Assembly (NCBI GenBank): GCA_018221135.1
Contig: JAAOYB010000009.1
Location: 1-56,477 of the forward strand
Length of the DNA stretch: 56,477 bases
Reading direction: 5' to 3'
Origin: Candidatus Woesearchaeota archaeon
GTDB lineage: Archaea; Nanobdellota; Nanobdellia; Woesearchaeales; BM511
The translations under genes and the position numbers were made by a program. The notes below the pieces were generated by a model. That model was not told the origin of the DNA and did no database searches. It saw only the letters and a list, made by a program, of their open reading frames with translations. Of the stretch, positions 45,874-54,837 are shown one piece after another; within the stretch, counting starts at the first letter, position 1, and each line of letters begins with the position of its first letter.

Positions 45874-47296
45874 CTATATGTGGGAGAGGTGCGGGGTGCG
45901 GTGGTGGCATGGGATTCTTTTGAGGAACCTCGATATACCCAGAACCAATACCTGTGTTTGCCGTTGTAGTTGTTTGTGCAATTCCCCCAACATTAAATCT
46001 TCTAACAATGTTTTTTAAGTTTTCAGCGTCAGCGCTAAGAGTCTGAGCAGCGCCAGCCATTTGCTGCATACTACTACTAATCTCCTCTACGCTAGCAGTT
46101 GTTTCCTCACTTGAAGCAGCGCTTTCCTCAGCAACGCTAGTAACTTCATCAATAGCTTTTTGAACTTTTTCACTCCTATCAAGTTGAGCTTTAGTAGCGG
46201 CGTTGATCATCTCTACCTGGGCAGCGACGTCATTAGCCCTACTACTAATAATCTCCAAGCTACTAAGAGCATCATTAACTACTTTGCTACCCTCAGAGAC
46301 TTCTGTTGTACCAGTTTGCATAGCTGCAACAGCATTATTAGTACTAGTGATTATGTCTTTGATCATAGCTTCGATTTGCTTAGTTGCTTGCTGGGTTTCC
46401 TCGGCTAGTTTTCTTACCTCATCAGCTACTACTGCGAAGCCCTTGCCTGCTTCTCCAGCCCTAGCAGCTTCGATTGCTGCGTTAAGAGCTAATAGGTTTG
46501 TTTGCTCGCTAATACTATTAATAACCTCGATGACTTTATTGATTTCCTGAGTTTTTCCGCCAAGCTCATTTATTAAACCACTTGAAGAAATCACGGCTTC
46601 GCTTATAGCCTTCATCTTAGTAGAAGCGCTCTTAGCCGACTCCCCACCTATAGCAGCTGCTTTTTTGGATTCCTCAGCGATGTTAGAAGCTGACTCGCTA
46701 CTACTAGCAACGCCTTTTATACTACTAATGAGTTGATCTACTTCGTTTTTCGTATCAGTAGCTGACTTGCTAAGCTCCTGTCCTCCTTTAGCAATTTGTT
46801 GCACCGTGCTACTAACTTGTTCTGTAGAAGCATTGATTTGCTGGCTGCTAGCAGAGAGTCTCTCAGCTGCTTTAGCGCTGCTCTCAGCGCTCTTAGTAAG
46901 ACCGGCAACGATTTGTTTTAAGCTATCAACCATCTTAGAAAAACTCTTAAAAATGCTTCCGACTTCGTTACTACCATATTCGTCTTCTATATCAATCATT
47001 AATTGGCCGTCAGAGACTTTATCCATTAAACTAACTATTTTAGTGAAACTACCTGTTAATACTCTACTAAAATAATTTGCTACTAAGAAACCAACGATTA
47101 TAGATAAAGTAGTAACTATAAATATTATGGTTCTTATCTTTCCAAGACTACTCGCCAAATCATAACTACCTTGAGCTTTGATACTAATATAGATAGTGCT
47201 TCCAAGAACGATTAACGGAATAGAAATCATGAGTATGAAAGCAACTATTAGCTGAGTATTTATACTAGTGTCTCCTATTTTTTTTTCAAAACTCAT
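45821..47296 (-). CDS. Methyl-accepting chemotaxis protein (2 TM, minimal loop, HAMP, signalling domain, Pro-rich tail)
   Basis: It has the invariant hairpin motif [38 protein letters not shown]. The start ATG at 47296 (MSFEKK) is preceded by GAGGTGG. The ORF-track extension to 47812 overlaps cheY on the other strand. Confidence 0.85.
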   Translation of the reverse strand: MSFEKKIGDTSINTQLIVAFILMISIPLIVLGSTIYISIKAQGSYDLASSLGKIRTIIFIVTTLSIIVGFLVANYFSRVLTGSFTKIVSLMDKVSDGQLMIDIEDEYGSNEVGSIFKSFSKMVDSLKQIVAGLTKSAESSAKAAERLSASSQQINASTEQVSSTVQQIAKGGQELSKSATDTKNEVDQLISSIKGVASSSESASNIAEESKKAAAIGGESAKSASTKMKAISEAVISSSGLINELGGKTQEINKVIEVINSISEQTNLLALNAAIEAARAGEAGKGFAVVADEVRKLAEETQQATKQIEAMIKDIITSTNNAVAAMQTGTTEVSEGSKVVNDALSSLEIISSRANDVAAQVEMINAATKAQLDRSEKVQKAIDEVTSVAEESAASSEETTASVEEISSSMQQMAGAAQTLSADAENLKNIVRRFNVGGIAQTTTTANTGIGSGYIEVPQKNPMPPPHPAPLPHIGVSKAEKDEQSKQQSPT

Positions 47297-47522
47297 ACTA
47301 TTGCCACCTCTTAAAAAAGTTTTTTTTATAATTAAAATAATATAATACCTATCTTCACATATTCTAATATATAAAATTAGTGGTATTACTAAAGAGTAGA
47401 ACAAAACCTTTTTTTCGACTTTATTAGCGATAATTTTCAAAAGATTTATAAAAGTCTCAATCAAAATAAAAACATAATTCAAAAAATTTTTTTTAAGGTT
47501 AAAAAAAGTAGTGGATGAAAAA

Positions 47523-47879
47523 ATGGGTAAAATATTAATAGTTGATGACTCTGCTCTTATGAGAGCAGTACTAAGAAACATAGTAAAAAAAGAAGGACAC
47601 ACAACTATAGAAGCCGCAAACGGTGAAGAATCAGTAAAACAATTCAGTGCAGAAAATCCAGATTTAATCTTCATGGACATATTAATGCCAGGAGGAATGG
47701 ACGGGTTGACTGCATCAAAAAAAATAAAAGAAATAGATACCAATGCGAATATAGTGATGGTTACCAGTGTTAAAGAACAAAAGGAACAACGAGAAGCATC
47801 GGAACTAAACATAAAAATATATATAACTAAACCGTTTAGCAGAGAAGAAATAGTAGCAGCTATGAAGCAATACTTATAA
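47523..47879 (+). CDS. cheY: CheY-like single-domain response regulator
   Basis: It has KILIVDDS, the phospho-acceptor context [20 protein letters not shown] and YITKPF. An alternative GTG start is at 47511. Confidence 0.8.
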   Translation: MGKILIVDDSALMRAVLRNIVKKEGHTTIEAANGEESVKQFSAENPDLIFMDILMPGGMDGLTASKKIKEIDTNANIVMVTSVKEQKEQREASELNIKIYITKPFSREEIVAAMKQYL

Positions 47880-47913
47880 ACTTTTTTTGTTTTTTGGTAG
47901 AGGTGAAAAAAAC

Positions 47914-48282
47914 ATGGGAATAAAAGTAATAATCGCCGATGACTCGGCTTTTATGAGAAACATAATAAAGAATATACTTACACAAAACGGTGTAACAGAC
48001 ATAGTGGAAGCCGTAGATGGTCAAGACGCAGTAAACAAGTACAACATGGAAAAACCCGCCGTTGTATTTATGGATATTATGATGCCAAACAAGAACGGCT
48101 TAGAAGCGTTAAAAGAATTAATGGTCGCAGACCAAAACGCGAAGATTGTTATGTGCACGAGTGTAGGACAAGAAAAAATTATTCAGGAAGCAGTAGAAGC
48201 AGGAGCAACGGACTTCGTGACAAAACCATTTAAACCCGAAGACATTGTTGAGATAATTACTAAGTTCAACACACCACAATAA
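47914..48282 (+). CDS. cheY: CheY-like single-domain response regulator (second tandem copy)
   Basis: It has [33 protein letters not shown] and FVTKPF. The ATG at 47914 is preceded by GAGGTGA. Confidence 0.85.
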   Translation: MGIKVIIADDSAFMRNIIKNILTQNGVTDIVEAVDGQDAVNKYNMEKPAVVFMDIMMPNKNGLEALKELMVADQNAKIVMCTSVGQEKIIQEAVEAGATDFVTKPFKPEDIVEIITKFNTPQ

Positions 48283-48293
48283 AACTTTTTTTT
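48281..48293 (+). terminator. A-run/C/T-run element after the second cheY
   Basis: AAAACTTTTTTTT overlaps the TAA stop. A similar AAACTTTTTTT follows the first cheY at 47878-47888. Confidence 0.4.
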
Positions 48294-48309
48294 GGGGATT
48301 TTTATTTAG

Positions 48310-49344
48310 ATGTCTAGAAACAAAATACTTTTTTTTGACGATGACAATGAACTAGTTTTACTCATAAAAAAATATTATGATAAACTAAACTTTGATATGG
48401 TAACAAGCGAAGAAGAATTCAAAGAGAAAATAAAAGATAAAATCTACGATGTTTCTTTAGTAAACCCTAATATGTATGATAAAGAAATATCGACTTTAGT
48501 AAGGTTGTTAACCTCTAAAAAGATTCCTTGTGTGGTAATTCTTGATAAGTATTATGACATAGAAAAAATAATTGATGCTTTATCAGTAGGCGCTATTGAT
48601 TACTTTATGAGACCTTTTATCGGAAGGTTATCTTCTGCGGAGAAAGAAAAAGTAACAATGAACATCTTTGATAAAATAGTGGTGGCTATTAACTCAAAAG
48701 AATCATTATCCGAAGTTGATTCAGTCGAACACAAAAAAAGCGATTTCACATTTGATTTTAGAAGCGCGACAAACAAAATAATAGTGATAGGGAGCTCGAC
48801 AGGCGGACCTCAAAGCCTTGAGAAAATAATACCTTTGATCCCTGGAGAAATACCTTCACCAGTAATAGTGATTCAACACATGCCAGAAGTTTTTACCAAG
48901 AAATTCGCTGAGCGCCTAGACACGGTATGCGAATTAAGAGTTAAAGAAGCAGAGAACTCAGAAGAACTACTAAACGGTGTTTGCTACGTGGCAAAAGGAG
49001 ATTATCACTTAGTACTAAAAAAGGATTCGAAAGGAAAAATAATAATTAATCTTAACAAAAAAGAAAAAGTTTTAGGTGTTAGGCCATCAATTAATATGAC
49101 TATGGAATCAGCAGCTACGCATTATGGGAAAAACACAATAGGAATAATACTTACAGGAATGGGAGCCGATGGAACTATTGGCTCAAAAAAAATAAAGGAA
49201 TCAGGAGGAACAATAATCGTGCAGTCAGAAGAGACTTCAGTGCTTTACGGGATGCCTAAAAGCGTTTTTGAAAAAGGTTATTATGACGAAGTCGTAGACT
49301 TACAAAAAATACCTGTTGCGATACTCCAAATACTAGAAGTATAA
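48310..49344 (+). CDS. cheB: CheB methylesterase with a degenerate (non-phosphorylatable) receiver domain
   Basis: The catalytic domain is intact (IGSSTGGPQSL, VIQHMP, GMGADG). In the receiver, the phospho-acceptor position reads DVSLVNPNM where D is expected, and the conserved T/S and K positions are also changed. Confidence 0.8.
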   Translation: MSRNKILFFDDDNELVLLIKKYYDKLNFDMVTSEEEFKEKIKDKIYDVSLVNPNMYDKEISTLVRLLTSKKIPCVVILDKYYDIEKIIDALSVGAIDYFMRPFIGRLSSAEKEKVTMNIFDKIVVAINSKESLSEVDSVEHKKSDFTFDFRSATNKIIVIGSSTGGPQSLEKIIPLIPGEIPSPVIVIQHMPEVFTKKFAERLDTVCELRVKEAENSEELLNGVCYVAKGDYHLVLKKDSKGKIIINLNKKEKVLGVRPSINMTMESAATHYGKNTIGIILTGMGADGTIGSKKIKESGGTIIVQSEETSVLYGMPKSVFEKGYYDEVVDLQKIPVAILQILEV

Positions 49345-49394
49345 ACAAAGAATTATTTTAGAAATATGAAAATAAGAAGAGGTGTGATTATTTT

Positions 49395-51350
49395 TTGAGT
49401 AGCGAAGAATACAAAGACATGTTTCTTGCTGAGGCAAGAGATCACATGGACAGTCTTAATCAAGAATTAGTAAAACTAGAGAAATCACCAGGGGAATCTA
49501 GTATTATAAATAATGTGTTTCGTTCTTTTCACACCCTTAAAGGAAACAGCGCTACTATGGGGTATGAGGTGTTCTCAAAATTAGCACATAAACTAGAAGA
49601 CATGCTTGGTTTGCTTCGAGATAAGAAACTAAAAGTAAACGATGACATCATGGATATCTTGTTTAATGGCTGCGACGCTTTAGAAGATGGAATGCAAAAA
49701 ATAGAGGATAACAACCCAGAAAACTTGAGTGTTGAATCATTAATTAAAAGAATCGATGAATTCTCTCCTTCCGCCAAGAAAGAAGCGGACGAGAAAAAGA
49801 AGATAGAAAACGATGCGCAACTTACAAAAAAAGAAAAGGCGCTTTTAAAAAAGAAGAAAATCAAAGAAGATGACCTCTCACGTTTAATAATAGAGTTCGA
49901 AGACAACCCATTAAAAAGCGCTAAGGCACTAACTATAATTAAGAAGTTAGAAGATGATAAAACAAACACTATAATACGTCTTACTCCTTCAAAAAAAGAT
50001 GTTACTGACCACAAGATTCAATTTAATAACTTAGAAGCGATTCTGTACTTAAACGATAAAGAAAAAACGACTAAGGACATAAATGGTGTTAGCAAAATAA
50101 AGAATTTCTTGTTGTTTGGAATAAATGAGAGTTATGAAGAAGAATCAAAAGAGTTAAACAAGACAAAAATAGTGGACGCGCACAAAGAAGAACTTAGAAA
50201 AGTACAAGAAGTAAGAATAGATATATCTCGTCTTGACAAATTAATGGATATGGTGGGTGAACTACTCATTTTTAAGATGAGATTAGAACAAATAAACAAA
50301 GGGCTTATGTCCAAAGAGTTAGAAGAAGTAACAAAAAGCATTAGTTTTCTCACTCAGAACATCCAAAACGAAGTAATAGAAGAAAGAATGATCCCTTTAG
50401 GTAACGTTTTTAGCAGGCTTCCAAGAGTTGTTAGGGACCTCTCAAAAGAAGAAGGAAAAGAAATAGATTTCATAATGCAAGGAGAAGACAACAAACTAGA
50501 CAGAACAGTCATAGATAAAATAACAGATCCCTTAATTCACATTATAAGAAACTGCGTTGATCACGGAATAGAAACCCCTAGTTCTAGAAAGAGTCTTGGA
50601 AAAGAAGAAAAAGGAGTTATAAGACTAAACGCTATCAGGGAAAAAAACCAGGTAGTAATAGAAATCGATGATGACGGAGCAGGCATAGACCCAGATAGGC
50701 TAAGAGACAAAGCCCTAAAAAAGAATGTGTATCCTCAATCAGAGATAAACGCTATGAGCGAAGACCAATTACAAGAACTAATCTTCTTGCCTGGTTTCAG
50801 CACTAATGACAAAATAGATGCGATCTCTGGCAGAGGAGTAGGAATGGACGTCGTCAAAAGCAACGTAAGCCAAGTAGGTGGCAGCGTACACGTAAAATCA
50901 AGAAAGGGAGAAGGAACAAAAATAAAGATAACACTTCCATTAACAGTAGCGATAATAAGCGTACTCATAGTAGAAGTCAAAAACGAGAAATACGCTATGC
51001 CTCTTACTAACGTTAAAGAAATAGTGAGCTTAACAGAAGAAAAAATCAGGACTATCCAACACAGAGAAACATTTATTCTTAGAGGAGAAGACATACCAGT
51101 TCTTAGACTACGAAACCTGGTAGGAGAGGGAAATGATGAAAAAGAAAACCAGATGACAGTCATAATATTTGATAGCGGCCCCAGAAAAATAGGTGTCGCA
51201 GTTGACAAAATAGATAGTCAACAGCAAATACTTATAAAGGAGTTAGATGATAATATAAAGAAAATAAAAGGAATCGCTGGAGGAACAATCCTTGGCGACG
51301 GAGAAGTTTGCTTCATACTCGATATTGATAGCTTAGCAGAACTAAACTAA
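49395..51350 (+). CDS. cheA: CheA histidine kinase
   Basis: HPt site FRSFHTLKGNSATMG. HATPase motifs HIIRNCVDHGIE, DDGAGID and GRGVGMDVV. C-terminal CheW-like domain. The TTG start is preceded by GAGGTG. Confidence 0.9.
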   Translation: MSSEEYKDMFLAEARDHMDSLNQELVKLEKSPGESSIINNVFRSFHTLKGNSATMGYEVFSKLAHKLEDMLGLLRDKKLKVNDDIMDILFNGCDALEDGMQKIEDNNPENLSVESLIKRIDEFSPSAKKEADEKKKIENDAQLTKKEKALLKKKKIKEDDLSRLIIEFEDNPLKSAKALTIIKKLEDDKTNTIIRLTPSKKDVTDHKIQFNNLEAILYLNDKEKTTKDINGVSKIKNFLLFGINESYEEESKELNKTKIVDAHKEELRKVQEVRIDISRLDKLMDMVGELLIFKMRLEQINKGLMSKELEEVTKSISFLTQNIQNEVIEERMIPLGNVFSRLPRVVRDLSKEEGKEIDFIMQGEDNKLDRTVIDKITDPLIHIIRNCVDHGIETPSSRKSLGKEEKGVIRLNAIREKNQVVIEIDDDGAGIDPDRLRDKALKKNVYPQSEINAMSEDQLQELIFLPGFSTNDKIDAISGRGVGMDVVKSNVSQVGGSVHVKSRKGEGTKIKITLPLTVAIISVLIVEVKNEKYAMPLTNVKEIVSLTEEKIRTIQHRETFILRGEDIPVLRLRNLVGEGNDEKENQMTVIIFDSGPRKIGVAVDKIDSQQQILIKELDDNIKKIKGIAGGTILGDGEVCFILDIDSLAELN

Positions 51351-51380
51351 AAAAAAATTATTTATGGGTGAATAAAGAAA

Positions 51381-52007
51381 ATGAAAGACTTACTAAACCT
51401 TAACGACATGGAAAAAGACGCGTTAAAAGAACTCGGAAACGTAGGGACCGGTAACGCGGCAACAGCGCTTTCCCAATTACTTAAAAGACACATCGAAATA
51501 ATAATCCCGGAGACAAAATTCGTGCCTATAGAAGATTTCACAAAAGAATTTGGAGGCCCAGAAAAAGTTGTTGTCAGCACATACTTAGAAATAGGAGGAG
51601 ACCTAACAGGAGAAGCCTTATTCTTATTTCATATTAGCTCAGCTGAGAAATTAGTGGATGTGATGATGAACCAAAAACCGGGGACGTCTAAAATAATGGA
51701 TGAAATGGCTCAAAGCGCGTTTAAAGAGATGAGCAACATCTTTACAGGAGCGTATCTTAATAGCATAGCAGACTTTTTAAAAGCCAGGCTACTCCCTGGC
51801 ATACCTCACATAACAATTGACATGCTTCAATCAGTCATTGATTTCGTACTAGCAAAGGTCAGCAATTACAGCAACGAAATACTTTGTATCAAGACAAGAA
51901 TAGAAGTAAAAGACTTACAGATAGAAGGAGATTTCGTCTTGTTTTTTGATATTGCTTCGATGAACAAATTACTAGCCACGCTAAAAGAGATGTTTGGAAC
52001 AAGCTAA
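51381..52007 (+). CDS. cheC: CheC phosphatase, both active sites intact
   Basis: DALKELGN followed by 22 residues then P, and SAFKEMSN followed by 22 residues then P. It lies immediately upstream of cheD. Confidence 0.85.
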   Translation: MKDLLNLNDMEKDALKELGNVGTGNAATALSQLLKRHIEIIIPETKFVPIEDFTKEFGGPEKVVVSTYLEIGGDLTGEALFLFHISSAEKLVDVMMNQKPGTSKIMDEMAQSAFKEMSNIFTGAYLNSIADFLKARLLPGIPHITIDMLQSVIDFVLAKVSNYSNEILCIKTRIEVKDLQIEGDFVLFFDIASMNKLLATLKEMFGTS

Positions 52008-52040
52008 AACAAAAAGAAAGAATAAAAAATTAATAAAAAG

Positions 52041-52541
52041 ATGGATGACGAAATAATAGTTGGCATCGGAGAATTATTAGCGGCTCACAACCCAGTCACT
52101 CTTAGTTGTCTTGGTCTTGGAAGTTGCGTAGCCGTTGCGCTAATAGATAAAGATTCACATGTTGGCGGCTTAGCTCACGTAATGCTCCCTGATAGCAAGG
52201 CGTGCGCTCTTCGAGTAAACAACGATAGAGACGCGAACATATTAAACAAATACGCAGACGTAGCCATATCTAAATTAGTTGAGAAAATGGTAAAAAAAGG
52301 CGCTAACAAGAATCACATAATAGCTAAAGTTGTTGGTGGCGCCAGGATGTTTCAATACTGCAATTCTGAGAGCATGGATATAGGAAGAAAAAACATAGAG
52401 ATAATAAAAAGAATACTTTACGATAAAGGAATACAAATAGAAGCTGAAGACATAGGCGGCACGCATGGTAGAAGCGTTAGGTTCAACACCGCAACGGGTA
52501 AACTAGTAATAAAAAGTATCGACGCACAAAAAGAGTTATAA
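52041..52541 (+). CDS. cheD: CheD chemoreceptor glutamine deamidase
   Basis: 166 aa with CLGLGSCVAVAL and GGLAHVMLP motifs. Confidence 0.85.
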   Translation: MDDEIIVGIGELLAAHNPVTLSCLGLGSCVAVALIDKDSHVGGLAHVMLPDSKACALRVNNDRDANILNKYADVAISKLVEKMVKKGANKNHIIAKVVGGARMFQYCNSESMDIGRKNIEIIKRILYDKGIQIEAEDIGGTHGRSVRFNTATGKLVIKSIDAQKEL

Positions 52542-52567
52542 ACACTTCTTCACAACATTATCCTTCA

Positions 52568-54757
52568 ATGGTTTTTTATGAGTACAAAGTTTTTGGAGTA
52601 GTTCAAGGAGTAGGTTTCAGACCTCACATTTACAAATTAGCAATGAAAAACTCGTTTTTTGGGAGTGTTAGAAACGAGGACGGATTTGTAAGAATAATAG
52701 TAAATGATGAGTTCTTCGAAGAAAAAATAAGGATAAACCCTCCATTATTAGCAAGGATTGATAAAGTAACAAAGAAGAAAACAAGCAAAAAAAGTTTTGT
52801 TAGTTTTAGTATTCTTGATTCAATTAAGAAAACTCGTTTCTCTTCTTTAAACATCCCAACAGATCTTTTTTTGTGTTTTGATTGCAAAAAAGACTTAGAC
52901 GACTCGCATAACAGGCGACACAATTATTACTTTGTCACGTGCACGAATTGCGGGCCTAGATACACCATAATAGAAAACACTCCATACGACAGAGTTAATA
53001 CTAGCATGAAAAGTTTTGAGATGTGTGATGATTGCAAAAAAGAATACATTAACCCGGAAGATAGGAGGTATCATGCTCAAACAATAGCGTGCAAGACGTG
53101 CGGGCCGAGACTAAGCTTTACTGACAAAGAAACCAACGAAGTTTTTGGAGAAGTTGACGCAATAAGAAAAGCAGTTGAGGCATTAAGAAACGACGAACTC
53201 GTAAGCGTTAAGGGCGTCGGCGGGTTTCACATAGTAAGCACCACGACAAAAAAAGCGGTTCTGAGACTAAGAAGGTTTATTCAAAGAGAAAACAAACCTC
53301 TAGCTTTAATGGCAAAAAACACCCAGCAAATAAAAAAGGTGTGCGTGATAACCAGTAAAGAAGAAGAACACTTGCTGAGTCCTCAAAGACCCATCCTCAT
53401 ACTTGAAAAAAAAGAATTAAAAACCTTTGATTACGTCTCAGAGTTATCCAGTCTTGGATTCATGCTGCCTTACACCGCGCTTCACGAACTAATATTAAAA
53501 GAATTCGACGAACCACTAATATTTACCTCTAATAACTTCGCTGATGAACCCATAGAGCACGAAGTAGGACTCACAAACAAAGTCCTTAGCCATCAAAGAA
53601 GAATAGTTAACAAAGTCGATGACAGCATAATAAAAGTGATAAAAAACAAAGCTTTTTTTCTTAGAAGAGCAAGAGGGTACACACCCACCATTACTGATTT
53701 AGGAGACGGATTCGAAGACTGTGTTTGTCTTGGAGCCGAGATGAATTCCTCGTTTACCATTCTCAAAGATGGAGTGGCGTATACTAGTCAGTTCTTGGGC
53801 AACACAACTAATCACGAAGCTTTTGATAACTACAAAGAAGAACTAAATAAGTGGATTAGTTGGATAAAACCAGAAATCAAAAAAGTAGTTTGTGACGCTC
53901 ATCCAGAATACAACACGACTAAACACGCAGAAAAATTAGCAAAAGATTACAAGGCTGAACTAGTTAAGGTTTTGCATCACAAAGCGCACCTAGCAAGTAT
54001 AATACTAGAAAAAGATTTGAAGTGTGATTCGTATAGTATTAGTTTTGATGGCTTAGGCTTTGGAGAAGACCAAGAAGTTTGGGGTGGAGAAGTATTCAAA
54101 TACACTCATAAAAACAAAGAATTCATTCGAGTAGCTCACCTAGAAGCTCAGAAACTAATAGGCGGGGATAGCGCCGCGCGGAATCCTAAGAAGTATTTGT
54201 TTGGAATCCTAAAAAAATTCATGAGCACAGAAAAAATTAAGAGATTAGGATTGTATTCTGAGGATGAAACACTTCTTTTATCAAAAGCTTTAGAACAAGA
54301 CTTCAACACTCACAACACGACAAGCACGGGGAGAGTCTTAGACGCAGCCGCGGTTCTCTTGGGTTTTTGCGATGTTAACTCTTACGATGCTAGGTGCGCG
54401 ATGATTCTTGAATCAAAAGCATATAAGAAACCTTTATTTTTAGAACCTGTTATAAGAAAAGAAAATAACATGTTAGTCTTAGAGACAACACCTCTTTTTG
54501 AGTTCTTAACTAAAAACTTAGATAATGATAAAGGAGTCTTGGCAAGCACTGTACACGAGTACTTAGCAAATGGATACATAAAAATAATAAATGCTCTTAA
54601 CAATGAGTCTTTTCCTGTTCTTGTAAGCGGAGGAGTAACATATAATAAACACATCACCAAGAAATTCTTAGAAGAAGCCTACATAACAAACCAAAAAGTC
54701 CCCTCAGGAGACGGTGGAATAAGCCTAGGACAAGCACATTGGGCGAGAAAAAAATGA
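52568..54757 (+). CDS. hypF: HypF-type carbamoyltransferase
   Basis: N-terminal acylphosphatase-like VFGVVQGVGFRP. Two zinc-finger units (CFDCKKDL...CTNCGPRYTII and CDDCKKEY...CKTCGPRLSF). A YrdC-like segment VKGVGGFHI. A Kae1-like C-terminal half. Confidence 0.8.
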   Translation: MVFYEYKVFGVVQGVGFRPHIYKLAMKNSFFGSVRNEDGFVRIIVNDEFFEEKIRINPPLLARIDKVTKKKTSKKSFVSFSILDSIKKTRFSSLNIPTDLFLCFDCKKDLDDSHNRRHNYYFVTCTNCGPRYTIIENTPYDRVNTSMKSFEMCDDCKKEYINPEDRRYHAQTIACKTCGPRLSFTDKETNEVFGEVDAIRKAVEALRNDELVSVKGVGGFHIVSTTTKKAVLRLRRFIQRENKPLALMAKNTQQIKKVCVITSKEEEHLLSPQRPILILEKKELKTFDYVSELSSLGFMLPYTALHELILKEFDEPLIFTSNNFADEPIEHEVGLTNKVLSHQRRIVNKVDDSIIKVIKNKAFFLRRARGYTPTITDLGDGFEDCVCLGAEMNSSFTILKDGVAYTSQFLGNTTNHEAFDNYKEELNKWISWIKPEIKKVVCDAHPEYNTTKHAEKLAKDYKAELVKVLHHKAHLASIILEKDLKCDSYSISFDGLGFGEDQEVWGGEVFKYTHKNKEFIRVAHLEAQKLIGGDSAARNPKKYLFGILKKFMSTEKIKRLGLYSEDETLLLSKALEQDFNTHNTTSTGRVLDAAAVLLGFCDVNSYDARCAMILESKAYKKPLFLEPVIRKENNMLVLETTPLFEFLTKNLDNDKGVLASTVHEYLANGYIKIINALNNESFPVLVSGGVTYNKHITKKFLEEAYITNQKVPSGDGGISLGQAHWARKK

Positions 54758-54837
54758 TTAGTCAAACAAAACCTTTTAATATCAAATAAATATTTTTCTT
54801 TTTAGTTTAATCACTTATGTTGGAGGGATGATTTTTT

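Noticed and set aside
47297-47812. N-terminal 172-codon extension of the MCP ORF in the track (45821..47812).
   Set aside because: The extension has junk-like composition ([17 protein letters not shown]...). It runs antisense through the well-supported cheY gene and the divergent promoter region. An ATG with a GAGGTGG Shine-Dalgarno at 47296 starts exactly at the first TM helix of a normal MCP.
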